Source of the DNA: Myxococcota bacterium
GTDB lineage: Bacteria; Myxococcota_A; SURF-8
Direction of reading: 5' to 3'
DNA: 64,000 nucleotides
Assembly: GCA_965140415.1 (NCBI GenBank)
Contig: OZ223209.1
Location: 4,224,001 to 4,288,000, forward strand
Shown here: in pieces, positions 41,077 through 51,017 of the stretch
How the letters are laid out: each line of letters begins with the position of its first letter
How positions within the stretch are numbered: position 1 is the first letter of the stretch
Program-made: the position numbers and the translations under genes
Notes under the pieces: generated by a model
What the model saw: only the letters and a program-made list of their open reading frames with translations
What the model was told of the DNA's origin: nothing
Database searches by the model: none

Positions 41077-43346
41077 AACATACCGAGTTTCGGAATCGTC
41101 GTTTCGATGTAGAAAATGGCGTGGCCGGAAATGTTCCAGCTATCGGGAATGTAGTCTTTCTGCATTCCGATCATGGTGGACTTGATCATGCTGGGTAAGC
41201 TTGGGCGCTGTTCATACCAGTAATTCACCGCAATCTCCACGCCGAAGTTGATAATGGAATGCAGTGGCTCGCCACCTCGGAAATCCCGGCGACTCCACAG
41301 ATGATTGTACTGCAAGCGCACGCCACCTTCGACATTGAACAGGTTCGTGTTCGTCAGATCGTCGCGAATGCCGCCGAACAACTTGTAGGAGAACTTGTCG
41401 TCGAATAGACTTCTGTCGTAAATCAGCGTGAAGTAGCCCATCAGCGACGCATCGCGCCGGGTCGCCTTTTCCAGATTCAGAACGATGATCTCCGGTGCAA
41501 TACCGACCGAAAGCAACAGCTTGCGCTCCAGAAACCCCGGTGTAAAGCCATTCCCCAGCGGATTGAAAACGATCCCGAATTCGATGGGACGAAAACCGAA
41601 CGAATCCGCGCTGCCATCGAAAGGTTCGCTATCGTAAAGCATTTCCAACAGGTCGAGCTTGATTCCCCAGGACGATCCCGGTACGCATTTTACGGCAAAG
41701 GGATTGACAAAGGGATAGTCGATTTCCTCCCGATCTGAGCCATCCTCGGCTTTCACGGAACAGAAGTGCAGAATGGGGCTTTCAATCGCCTTGGCGTGTA
41801 TGGTATACGCACTATCCGTAAACGCAACCGATGCGCTCAATGTCAGAACGCGAAACATGCCGCCCATGGTTTCGCCATCGGCCAGTGTAAAACCGAAAAT
41901 CATACCCGGATAATTGCCCGCCGCCACGCGCAGCTTTCCGATATTGATGCCATGGGTTTCTTCCCTGCGCGTCTGCTTGCAGCTTTCATCGTCAGGACCA
42001 CAGGGCATTTTAGGATCGAAATTACTCGAATAGCGGGGTTCGACGTTCATGTCATACAGATCGATTGCGGGTGAATCGCCAAATGGCCCGAACATGTCAA
42101 GCACGTCGCGGCGAATGTTTTCGATGATCCAGGGAAAATCCTCTTCGGTCACCCAGGGGTTTTCCTTATCAGGCAGAATGAATTTTGGAACTTGTTCGTG
42201 CAGTACGCTAAAGCGCAGTTCATACAGATCGGTCAGCAGCAGGTTCTGCGGTCCCCGCATAGGAATCGGCATGACAAACGCATCTTCTTTTCGATCTCTG
42301 CAATATGGCGAGTATTCGTCCGGGATGATCCACGGCGTGATCGTATCTCCGGCATCGAGATTTCTACGAGTGACCATCGACATGTCCGGCATGCTTTTCT
42401 TGCGATCCCACCAGACGCCATCCACTTCGTTCAGCGTCAGCTTGCTCTGCTTGTTCGGTAACGGCGCAAGTTTGTGAATCATGGCGTACAGCACGTCATC
42501 CATCGCTTCGTCATAGGGTTTCCCGCTACGCAGGGCATCGGCTCCCAGCTTCGCTCCCAGCGCATTGCTGAACATGTCTTCCGGAGAAAACGAAGACAGC
42601 CGCTCGGAAAACAATTCGACACTACGGTGGTCGTACCAAGTCACGATTTCATGCCAGACCGATAACTTAAACGAGATGCGCTGCGCCAATAGCAGAGCCA
42701 GTTCGTCTTTTTCCGCATCCGAGAGCGACACGCCCGGCAGGCGGATCACGATCTTCCGTTTCGCCGCTTCATCGGCAATGGGAATTACGGCGCCCGAACC
42801 GACGACCAGGCGGATTCGCTCGTAGAGATACGCCGTCCAATCCGCGTAATCCCGGATGTGCGCCAGATCCACCACACCGGCCCGGCAGGTATAGATCAGG
42901 CCGTTCTGCTCGGTTTGAATGTCGCTCAATCGGTAGGAATGATTTCCCAGTTGATCCGGATACAGGATATTATCCAGTTTGACGGGAACGGAAGAACCGG
43001 AGATCGTCGTTCTCAAACTATGCCCGAACGCGCAACAGGGACGCAGCTTGGGAGCTTTCACAAAGCGCGAAACGGCGGAGTCTCCTTCGCCGTCCGAATC
43101 GGACGCGCGCTCCCCTTCTTCGCAAACCACGGCTTTCTCATCCGCTAAGGCTGCGCCGCTTGTCTGTTCGGGGTTCTGTTCCGCGCCGGAACTCGACTCG
43201 CCCGCTTCACTCATTTCTTCCGCAAATGCAATTCCGGCACTGCCAGTCACAACTACGCTGTAGTATAGACTCATACACAAAACCGCGAGAAGCAGTACTA
43301 AAATACTGGGCAATTCGGAAAGCGATTTCACGCGAGGACCGTGCAT
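41073..43346 (-). CDS. Exported DUF4056-like protein with beta-strand-rich C-terminal extension
   Basis: LRPCCAFG, NGLIYTCRAG..D.AHIRD.AD, WHEI..W and SFSPEDMFSN.LG motifs; amphipathic strands and terminal Phe. Confidence 0.7.
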   Translation of the reverse strand: MHGPRVKSLSELPSILVLLLAVLCMSLYYSVVVTGSAGIAFAEEMSEAGESSSGAEQNPEQTSGAALADEKAVVCEEGERASDSDGEGDSAVSRFVKAPKLRPCCAFGHSLRTTISGSSVPVKLDNILYPDQLGNHSYRLSDIQTEQNGLIYTCRAGVVDLAHIRDYADWTAYLYERIRLVVGSGAVIPIADEAAKRKIVIRLPGVSLSDAEKDELALLLAQRISFKLSVWHEIVTWYDHRSVELFSERLSSFSPEDMFSNALGAKLGADALRSGKPYDEAMDDVLYAMIHKLAPLPNKQSKLTLNEVDGVWWDRKKSMPDMSMVTRRNLDAGDTITPWIIPDEYSPYCRDRKEDAFVMPIPMRGPQNLLLTDLYELRFSVLHEQVPKFILPDKENPWVTEEDFPWIIENIRRDVLDMFGPFGDSPAIDLYDMNVEPRYSSNFDPKMPCGPDDESCKQTRREETHGINIGKLRVAAGNYPGMIFGFTLADGETMGGMFRVLTLSASVAFTDSAYTIHAKAIESPILHFCSVKAEDGSDREEIDYPFVNPFAVKCVPGSSWGIKLDLLEMLYDSEPFDGSADSFGFRPIEFGIVFNPLGNGFTPGFLERKLLLSVGIAPEIIVLNLEKATRRDASLMGYFTLIYDRSLFDDKFSYKLFGGIRDDLTNTNLFNVEGGVRLQYNHLWSRRDFRGGEPLHSIINFGVEIAVNYWYEQRPSLPSMIKSTMIGMQKDYIPDSWNISGHAIFYIETTIPKLGMF

Positions 43347-43402
43347 GGCTGCCCCTTCACAGAAGGAAAGTCAGCGAGAAACGAATCCTTATCAGGTTAT
43401 AA

Positions 43403-44374
43403 TCAGCCGCGTATGCGGTTCATACGCTGGTGGACCTCTTCGGCTTCGGCCATGATTTCGGCCACGATGTCTTTCGCCGGCATGATCTTGTTTTTCAGCC
43501 CGATGGCTTGCGAGCAGGAGACCGTCCCGGCTTCCAGCACACCGGTTTCGTACATATCCCGAGCCGCCTGGCCGGAAACGTAGGGGAGGATATCTTCCAG
43601 CCCACCGCCCTTGGCTTCGATTTCGATGGTCTTCTTGGCCGGTTCGTTCAACCACACGCGGTGAGCGAAGCCGATCGATTCCATAATGATGTCCGTGTCC
43701 AGCTCGGTCGCCTGGCATAAGGCCTGTTTCAGATCGTAATGAATCGGGCATTCTTCCGAAAGCATGAAGCGCGAACCGATGATTGCCGCCTCCGCACCGA
43801 GAGAAAGCACCGAATACAGTCCGCGTCCGTCCATCACGCCGCCGCCGCCAACCACCGGAATGTCTATGGCGTTGACCGTGCTTGGCACCAGCACCAGCGT
43901 GGTAACGTTCAGCGTTCCGGTCGCACCGCCGTTTTCGTAACCGACGACCGTCACCGCATCCGCACCCATCGCCGCGACCTTCTTCGCATAACGAACGCCA
44001 ACGCACTTATGAATCCAGGTGATGCCGTATTGTTTGAACAGATCCACCAGTTCAGCCGGAGCGCCAAAACCGGAGGTCTCCACAATTTTCACACCTTCCT
44101 CGGCCAGCACTTCGACAAATGCCTTGTTATCCGGCGGAGCAAGCATGGGAAACAAATTGATATTGACGCCGAACGGCTTATCCGTCAGATCTTTCGTGCG
44201 CTTCAATTCGTCGCGCAGTTTCTCGGTATCCTTGAAAATAGCCGAGGCGATAATGCCTAGCGCACCAGCGTTTGAAATCGCAGCGACGAAAGGTGCCGTC
44301 GCCAGATCCATCATCGTGCCGCCGATAATCGGCGTTTCGATTCCCAATAGTTCCGTAATGCGAGTCTTGAACAC
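43403..44374 (-). CDS. Nitronate monooxygenase/enoyl-ACP reductase FabK-family flavoprotein
   Basis: TRITELLGIETPIIGG, SNAGALG, KPFGVN, IPVVGGGGVMDGRG and GSRF. Confidence 0.88.
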   Translation of the reverse strand: MFKTRITELLGIETPIIGGTMMDLATAPFVAAISNAGALGIIASAIFKDTEKLRDELKRTKDLTDKPFGVNINLFPMLAPPDNKAFVEVLAEEGVKIVETSGFGAPAELVDLFKQYGITWIHKCVGVRYAKKVAAMGADAVTVVGYENGGATGTLNVTTLVLVPSTVNAIDIPVVGGGGVMDGRGLYSVLSLGAEAAIIGSRFMLSEECPIHYDLKQALCQATELDTDIIMESIGFAHRVWLNEPAKKTIEIEAKGGGLEDILPYVSGQAARDMYETGVLEAGTVSCSQAIGLKNKIMPAKDIVAEIMAEAEEVHQRMNRIRG

Positions 44375-44441
44375 GGCTAAATCCTCCAGAGTGATGTGTT
44401 ACGGTAATAGCTGGAATTATGCTACTCCATTTTCAGCATCT

Positions 44442-47400
44442 TTACCACTTTTTCGAATTGGCCAATCTTCTGCGTCGCACTACGAAAATCAAAAGACCGG
44501 CAACGAACCAACCTGCAAAACCGCCAGTCGTGGGCGGCTGCGAACATCCGCCGTCATCTACTGTTTCGGTTTCCAAATCGCCATCGACGACATCCCCATC
44601 GGACTCGCTGTCGCCATCGATTTCATCGCCATCCACCAAGTCACCGTCAATCACATCGCCGTCGACGACATCCCCATCCTTTTCACTGTCGCCATCGACT
44701 GCGTCGCCATCAACCTGATCTCCGTCCGGCAAGTCACCATCAATCCCATCGCCGTCTACAGAATCCCCGTCAATGACATCTCCATCGACGACATCGCCAT
44801 CAGGCAGATCACCATCGATGCCGTCTCCATCGGGTGCATCGCCATCCGGATCGGGCAGCAGATCGCCGCACTGGCACTCGGGAATATTCTGGGCATCCAA
44901 CTGGCAGGCATTGAATTCACGATTCTGTTGCAGGCAGTATTCCTCGCAGTTTTGCGCGCGCCAGGTTCCCTGATCGCAAACACAGGTGTTGATCGTCTCC
45001 ACGCAATGTCCTAGCTGCCAGGGCAAACAGGGGCCGTAGCAATTTCCCGGCTCGTAAACTTCGGTCACGCCTTCCGCTGCCACGATATGCACCGTTTTTT
45101 CCGTCTTGACGACGTTGTCGCCTTCATCGGTGACGCTCAAACCGATCACGTAATCCCCAACCTCATCGAAGCTATAAATGAACCACATCTGCGAGGCGTT
45201 CTTTTCTGCCGGGGTCTCATCGTCGATGGTCCAGTTCCACTCGATGATGCCGCGATCATCCAACGTACCCGCGCCGCTGAAAACCATGCGCTCTCCGACC
45301 ACACCGTACTCCTCTGCAAAGATCGCCGGTTCGGGAGGAGTCTCATCGATCATTGCGGTGACGCTGGCATTCAGTAAACCCGGCGCCCAAACTTTTCCAT
45401 AACCCCAGCCGATATCCGGCGTCGTACGATTTAACGTGCGGTCCGATCCAAGCATGTACGCCTTACGTACGCCTGCCGGGTCCAGGTTCGGCGCGTACTG
45501 CAACAACAACGCCGTAATTCCCGCCATCAGCGGAGAAGACGAACTGGTGCCGCTGAACATGGTGTAGGCTCCATGATCGAAATGATCTCCATTTGGATTG
45601 TAGTTGGTATAATACGGCAATGGCGCGCGCTGCTCCCAGGTTCCACTTACGGTGACGATCGGTTTGCCGTCGATGCGCAAGCCCCGCCCGCTGTAGTAAG
45701 TCAATCCTTCCTGTCCGCCGGTATGATCGTGGGCGGCCACGCCGATTCCGGCGTCGCTGGTGCTGGGGAAATCGGCGGTGGTAATATGCGCGGTGGCTTC
45801 ACTGCCGTTATTGGCATCGGAGGTAAAAACCGCCCCGTAAAAGAAGGATGATACGTTGTCGCCAACGAAACCGACCACATCCACCGGCACTCGTCCCCGG
45901 TTGACCAGACGGAATTTGCGCGGAAGCGTCAAGGCCGATTCGTCTTCCATCCAGTAGATAATTTCAATATTATCCGTACCACGCTCGCTTTCACCCATTG
46001 TCACCCATTCAACCGCGCCGCTCTCATCCCACAAATAGCCGCTCTTCAATTCGCGACCGAACATACCATTGGGTACCCATACGAATATATCCTGATCCGG
46101 TCGCCTCCAGCGGAAATGCAACGACAGATAGTAAGGATCGCCTACGAAATAGGTAGGATCCAGCGCAACCGAAATTTCGTGGCTGCCACCAGCCGGCACA
46201 CGGAAACGTGCGGCTTTCTTGGAACTATGGAAATTGCAGGTCGGGTTGATCTGCACCATGCCCGCCGCTTCGGCTTCATTCATTGCAAGAGAATCGTTGG
46301 CGGAGCCATCCAGCGGAGCCGGTCCATTTACGCACCATTCGTGCAACGCGATATCCGCGCCTGCATCCGCGCAGAAAGAGAGCGTCGCCGCCAGATGGGA
46401 AAGTCCGCCCTCGCCTTCTCCCTCGTAATAGCTGCTGATAATGCTCTCCACCAGCACCAGTTCGGCGTCGTATGCCACGCCGCGCAGACGATGCCCCGGA
46501 TGCCCCGAAGCGCTGATGCCCGAAGTTCCCGTTCCGTGAGAGCCAGTGCCCTGGCGGTCGAAAGGATAGTTGATGAGGTTATCGCCACGAGTATACACGC
46601 CCAGTTGCTGGGTGTAATAATCATAGGTATAAGCGATTTTCACCTTGCTGGTGCCCAGTCCGACCAGAAGTTCCCCCACGTCGAGTTGGTTGTTCTCGTT
46701 GTCGTCCAATACATAAAACAGCCGCTCTCCGTAGCAGGGATCTTGTTCCGTGAATCCTTGATCCGGGCCGAAGTTGCGCTGATGATCTTCGTTGGCATCG
46801 TTGTATAAATGATCGAGATCCGCCTGGAATACACCGTCGTTGTTGCTGATCTGACCCCATTCGCTGATGACGGCATCGAAGAAATCAAGAATCTCGCCAG
46901 TGTCCGCAATATCGTTGCCGTTTAAATCCACCGCGTCCACCCCGGGAGTAAACGCCTGATCCAGATCGACGTCGATCCAGGAGAACTCGCCGCCATCGCT
47001 TTTAAAATACGCCGGATGAAAAAGATCCACCGTGGAATCGTCGATGCAAACCGTGGAACCCAAGCCCGTTACAGGCTGCTCATTCTGATCGCTGTAATTT
47101 TCATAAACCTGATCGATGCCGTTTGAAACTCGCGCCGTTTCCATGGGACGCAGGATTTTCGCCAGTCCCGGCTCGATGCGCGATACCGTTGCAATCGTCG
47201 CCACACGTTCAAGATCCGCTCGCTTTATCGAACCTGGATAAACGCGCCCGACATGCATCCAGCGACCGTCGTGAACGATTGGACGAAAACCGGCCTGCTG
47301 CAATCTCTGACGCTCGGCGACATCCGGGAGAAATTCCAATCTTAAGGAAACGGCCCGCAGATCCAGATCGGTCGCTTTCAACGCGGGAATGCCCGGCATG

Positions 47401-47525
47401 GACATCGGAGCCAAGAGCGAAGGATGAATTTTTTCCTGCTTATCCAGAGCCATAGCGCTGGTAAAACCCAAACAGGAATAGAGTAAAAAGAGAAGGCAAA
47501 GGGCGCGTACGGCAGATCGTTTCAT
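44442..47525 (-). CDS. Secreted S8 subtilase with PKD-like domain, Cys module, DGD-repeat stalk and MYXO-CTERM-like anchor
   Basis: Signal peptide; catalytic triad IDDS / HGTGTSG / GTSSSSP; tail DDGGCSQ...GWFVAGLLIFVVRRRR. Confidence 0.9.
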   Translation of the reverse strand: MKRSAVRALCLLFLLYSCLGFTSAMALDKQEKIHPSLLAPMSMPGIPALKATDLDLRAVSLRLEFLPDVAERQRLQQAGFRPIVHDGRWMHVGRVYPGSIKRADLERVATIATVSRIEPGLAKILRPMETARVSNGIDQVYENYSDQNEQPVTGLGSTVCIDDSTVDLFHPAYFKSDGGEFSWIDVDLDQAFTPGVDAVDLNGNDIADTGEILDFFDAVISEWGQISNNDGVFQADLDHLYNDANEDHQRNFGPDQGFTEQDPCYGERLFYVLDDNENNQLDVGELLVGLGTSKVKIAYTYDYYTQQLGVYTRGDNLINYPFDRQGTGSHGTGTSGISASGHPGHRLRGVAYDAELVLVESIISSYYEGEGEGGLSHLAATLSFCADAGADIALHEWCVNGPAPLDGSANDSLAMNEAEAAGMVQINPTCNFHSSKKAARFRVPAGGSHEISVALDPTYFVGDPYYLSLHFRWRRPDQDIFVWVPNGMFGRELKSGYLWDESGAVEWVTMGESERGTDNIEIIYWMEDESALTLPRKFRLVNRGRVPVDVVGFVGDNVSSFFYGAVFTSDANNGSEATAHITTADFPSTSDAGIGVAAHDHTGGQEGLTYYSGRGLRIDGKPIVTVSGTWEQRAPLPYYTNYNPNGDHFDHGAYTMFSGTSSSSPLMAGITALLLQYAPNLDPAGVRKAYMLGSDRTLNRTTPDIGWGYGKVWAPGLLNASVTAMIDETPPEPAIFAEEYGVVGERMVFSGAGTLDDRGIIEWNWTIDDETPAEKNASQMWFIYSFDEVGDYVIGLSVTDEGDNVVKTEKTVHIVAAEGVTEVYEPGNCYGPCLPWQLGHCVETINTCVCDQGTWRAQNCEEYCLQQNREFNACQLDAQNIPECQCGDLLPDPDGDAPDGDGIDGDLPDGDVVDGDVIDGDSVDGDGIDGDLPDGDQVDGDAVDGDSEKDGDVVDGDVIDGDLVDGDEIDGDSESDGDVVDGDLETETVDDGGCSQPPTTGGFAGWFVAGLLIFVVRRRRLANSKKW
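44577..44846 (-). repeat. 18 x DGD pentapeptide (about 15-bp) repeat stalk
   Basis: PDGDAPDGDGIDGDLPDGDVVDGDV... in the subtilase C-terminus. Confidence 0.9.
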
Positions 47526-47719
47526 CGGTGATTCCTCCAAATACGAAACAACACAAATACAGAGAACCAGACTGCCACCGCTGATGTCCGCTGTCAACAG
47601 GTTTTATCGTTTTTCGATAAACCCACTTTTCGCATCGGTGTGCTAGCCGGGTTGGGTTTTGGCAAAATCGATAGACATGAAAAGCTGCTTTCTACGATTT
47701 TGTAAGACCGTTCTACTTC

Positions 47720-47925
47720 GACCGTAGACCGACAGTAAATGACACGAAAACGACATCAACTGACCGTAAACGCACAGTAAAAAATTCACTGAATTTGCCA
47801 CATATCCTAGCAAATAAGCAAACAGGCCACTTTTGCGACTGATACTGAAAATCAAGTGGTCATCTGCGGTCATTTCGTGTGGTTTTTGTGCGATTCTACT
47901 GTAGTTTTAGTGCGGTTTTTGTACG
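47720..47925. repeat. Two convergent arrays of helically phased 10-11-bp degenerate repeats
   Basis: Plus-strand units start at 47720, 47731, 47741, 47752, 47762 and 47773. Minus-strand units start at 47861, 47871, 47881, 47892, 47903, 47914 and 47925. Consensus about (G/C)AC(A/C)GTAAAN. Confidence 0.75.
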
Positions 47926-48187
47926 TTTGCCGCCGCGTAGTGGCAGAACTTGCTTCGCGGTTGCTACAGATATAAGCCATTATCAGGATATTTTACAGCA
48001 TAAAACTTGCTGTACTCGGTTCTTGAGAACAAGCTACAATTTCTGAAACCGTCCCAAAGTTCTCACATTCAATTTTCCCCGCCCGCCAGCCATCATAATT
48101 TCATTGTGATTCCGGCAAACTTGAGTACACTGCATGCTGTCGCATAGGCCGGAAAAAGACTTCTAAAGAAGAAACAAGATTAAACGC

Positions 48188-49546
48188 ATGACCCAGTCAC
48201 CGAAAACCACCAACCTGACGCAACTACCCATGAACCGGGCGATTTTGACGATGGCGATTCCTGCCAGCGGAGCGATGGTCATCGAATCTTTGTATCATTT
48301 GGTAGACACGTTCTGGGTCGGCAAACTGGGCGCGTTGCCATTAGCCGCCGCCAGCGCGACTTCCTTCGTATTATGGATGCTGATGTCTTTCGGCGATTTA
48401 ACCGGCGTTGCCGCCAATGCGTTAAGCGCCCAGGAAGTCGGAGCCAATCGCAGCGAGCGCGTCAAGGAACATCTCGGCCAATGCCTGAGCCTGGCGCTAA
48501 TCTTGAGCGTCGCTTTTCTGCTTATCATGCTGCCCTTGCGACAGGTTCTGTTTGGCTGGCTGAATCTGGAAGTAGAGGTCAGCTCCCTGGCGGTTGAATA
48601 CCTGCTTCCCTGGCTATTGGGATTGCCGGTGATATTTTCCGCCATCACGGTCAATGCCGCCTTTCGCGGCGTCGGCGATGCGAAAACGCCGATGCTGCTG
48701 ATGGGCATTGCAGTTATTTTCAATGCCATACTCGACCCTCTTTTCATTTTCGGCCTGGGACCGATTCCCGGCATGGGTTTGACAGGCGCTGCCTGGGTGA
48801 CGGTCGCCGCTCACGCCGTGATTCTGGCTATCGGTTTGAAGATTCTGCGTAAACGCGAGTTATTACCCCGTTTTTCACTGCGCCAACTGAAAGTTCCCTG
48901 GGATGACGCCCGCAGAATTATTTCGGTTGGCCTGCCCATCGCCTTAAACGGCGCGTTTTTCAGCTTGATTTACATCGGCTTGACCTGGGTAATCGCTTCG
49001 TTCGGTTCGACTCCTATCGCCGCTTTGGGAATCGGCCATCGCATGGAGGCGTTCCCATGGTTTATCGCCTACGGTTTCTCTATCGCCGCCGCCAGCTTGA
49101 TCGGGCAATACGTCGGCGCGGGACAACCCGAGCAAGCTGAAAAAGCCGCCTGGCGCACCGGCTTCGTTGCGCTGGCTTTCGAAGCGGTCTTCGCGGTATT
49201 GATCTTGATCTGGGTGGAACCCATCGTTCGTTTTTTCATCGACGATCCGGCGGTGGTTTCGCAGTCGGCGGTGTATCTGCGAATCGTGGCGGTCTGCTGG
49301 CTGATCGGCGTGTTCGAAGTCGTTTTAGAGGGCGCTTTCGGCGGCGCCGGAGACACCCTGCCCCCTTTGTTGATCGGCGTGATTTTCACCGCGTTGCGCA
49401 TCCCCGCCGCCTATCTTTTCGCCATTGTGCTGGATGGCGGTATCGTGGCGGTCTGGTGGACCATCGGGCTTTCTTCGGCAGTGAAAGGCGCGTTGTTGAT
49501 TTTCTGGTTCAAGCGTGGAAAATGGAAACGGAAGCGGCTGGTGTGA
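48188..49546 (+). CDS. MATE-family efflux transporter
   Basis: MAIP...YHLVDTFWVGKLG, FRGVGDAKTPM, NAILDPLFIFG and GAGDT repeat; about 12 TM helices. Confidence 0.93.
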   Translation: MTQSPKTTNLTQLPMNRAILTMAIPASGAMVIESLYHLVDTFWVGKLGALPLAAASATSFVLWMLMSFGDLTGVAANALSAQEVGANRSERVKEHLGQCLSLALILSVAFLLIMLPLRQVLFGWLNLEVEVSSLAVEYLLPWLLGLPVIFSAITVNAAFRGVGDAKTPMLLMGIAVIFNAILDPLFIFGLGPIPGMGLTGAAWVTVAAHAVILAIGLKILRKRELLPRFSLRQLKVPWDDARRIISVGLPIALNGAFFSLIYIGLTWVIASFGSTPIAALGIGHRMEAFPWFIAYGFSIAAASLIGQYVGAGQPEQAEKAAWRTGFVALAFEAVFAVLILIWVEPIVRFFIDDPAVVSQSAVYLRIVAVCWLIGVFEVVLEGAFGGAGDTLPPLLIGVIFTALRIPAAYLFAIVLDGGIVAVWWTIGLSSAVKGALLIFWFKRGKWKRKRLV

Positions 49547-49621
49547 TCTGATATATATCCGCTTATATTTCTACTAGGCATTCAGAATTACCAGCTTCGC
49601 CTAACCGCTTACTCTCTTTGT

Positions 49622-49711
49622 TGGTTCAAGGCTCCTGTCTTGAACCACAGGTTTTTGATCGGGGCTCCCGTCCCGACCACAAAGACAAACGTCAGGAGCA
49701 GGACAGGAGCC
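49622..49711. repeat. Cluster of REP-like hairpins with conserved GCTCCYGT loop
   Basis: TGGTTCAAG-GCTCCTGT-CTTGAACCA; GATCGGG-GCTCCCGT-CCCGACC; an inverted third copy GGAGCAGG-ACAGGAGC-C is interrupted by the IS. Confidence 0.6.
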
Positions 49712-51017
49712 CACAGCTGTCCCGCTAACTTCCAGGTTCAGCGCTACAACTACTTATTATTACAGATTGAATTTGTGATTATCAGGTGTCCGCGATAGTT
49801 TTTCTGCATTTCGAATAGTCAAGAAATGCAGGAGATCAAAATGACACAGACTGTCTTTTCGCAAGTGCTCGACTATTTGCCGGATCGCCATTTCCGCCGT
49901 TGTGTCAATCGCTATCAGGGGAACAAGCGCATTCGTACCTTTTCCTGTATGGATCAATTCATTTGCATGGCATTTGCCCAGCTGGCCTACCGCGAAAGCC
50001 TGCGCGATATTGAAGCGACCTTGCGGGCTATTCAGCTGAAACTTTATCACATGGGTCTGCGTGGAAAAGTCTCTCGCAACACACTGGCCAGAGCGAATGA
50101 AAAACGCGACTGGCGCATTTACGCAGATCTCGCTCAGCCCCTGATACGGCGCGCCCGCGCGCTGTATGCGGACGAGAAGCTCGCCGTCGACCTAGACGCC
50201 ACCACCTACGCGCTCGACACGACAGCGATTGATTTGAGTTTGTCGCTTTTTCCATGGGCCAAATTCACGCGATACAATGGATCATTGCGTCTTCACACGC
50301 AAATGGACCTTCGCGGACGGATTCCCGCCTTTATTTCCATTACGGACGGCAAGAGCCATGACAAGCGTTTACTGGATATTCTGCCTTTGGAAGCGGGCGC
50401 ATTTTATATCATGGATCGCGGTTATGTCGATTACGGACGCATGCATCGCATCCATCGGGCGGGAGCCTTCTTCATTCTTAGAGCCAGCAAGAACACCAGC
50501 ACAAAGCGAATCTATTCACACCCCATCGACAAGAGCTTGGGATTGCGCGCCGATCAGACCGTGAGCTTCGTGGACCGTGCTTCCATTCGACGCTATCCGG
50601 ATCATGTGCGGCGAATCAACTACATCGATCCAGAATCGAACACCCGATTTGTCTGGCTGACCAACAACTTTGATCTTTCTTCGGAAACGATTCCGGACTT
50701 GTACCGGCTGCGGTGGAGTATCGAAGTGTTTTTCAAATGGATCAAACAGAATCTGCGAATCAAGGCGTTTTACGGTCGCAGCGCCAATGCGGTAAAGACA
50801 CAAGTGTGGATTTCGATTACGGTTTATCTGTTGGTTGCGATTCTGAAAAAGGATCTGAATCTCGAGCACAGTTTGATGACGATTCTACAGATTTTAAGCG
50901 TCACGCTTTTCGAGGAAAGCCCCATTTTACAGGTGCTAAAGGCAAACGCCTCCCTGCCTACCAATATCCCTTTTGGTAAGCAGTTGGAATTATTCAATAG
51001 TTAACGGGACAGCTGTG
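49712..51017 (+). mobile_element. IS4-family insertion sequence (1306 bp)
   Basis: 19-bp terminal inverted repeats CACAGCTGTCCCGCTAACT (49712-49730) and AGTTAACGGGACAGCTGTG (50999-51017), one mismatch. Flanks GACAGGAGCC and GGCGGGAGCC match 8/10. Confidence 0.9.
49826..51004 (+). CDS. IS4-family DDE transposase (DUF4372-type N-terminus)
   Basis: MAFAQLAYRESLRDIE, ALDTT, IMDRGY and YRLRWSIEVFFKWIKQ (YREK). Confidence 0.95.
   Translation: MQEIKMTQTVFSQVLDYLPDRHFRRCVNRYQGNKRIRTFSCMDQFICMAFAQLAYRESLRDIEATLRAIQLKLYHMGLRGKVSRNTLARANEKRDWRIYADLAQPLIRRARALYADEKLAVDLDATTYALDTTAIDLSLSLFPWAKFTRYNGSLRLHTQMDLRGRIPAFISITDGKSHDKRLLDILPLEAGAFYIMDRGYVDYGRMHRIHRAGAFFILRASKNTSTKRIYSHPIDKSLGLRADQTVSFVDRASIRRYPDHVRRINYIDPESNTRFVWLTNNFDLSSETIPDLYRLRWSIEVFFKWIKQNLRIKAFYGRSANAVKTQVWISITVYLLVAILKKDLNLEHSLMTILQILSVTLFEESPILQVLKANASLPTNIPFGKQLELFNS

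Noticed and set aside
47720-47925. Phased repeats considered as a CRISPR array, tRNA or coding sequence (76-aa ORF 47643-47873)
   Set aside because: Units are 10-11 bp with no spacers or cloverleaf, the period is not a multiple of 3, and the ORF has no recognisable features.
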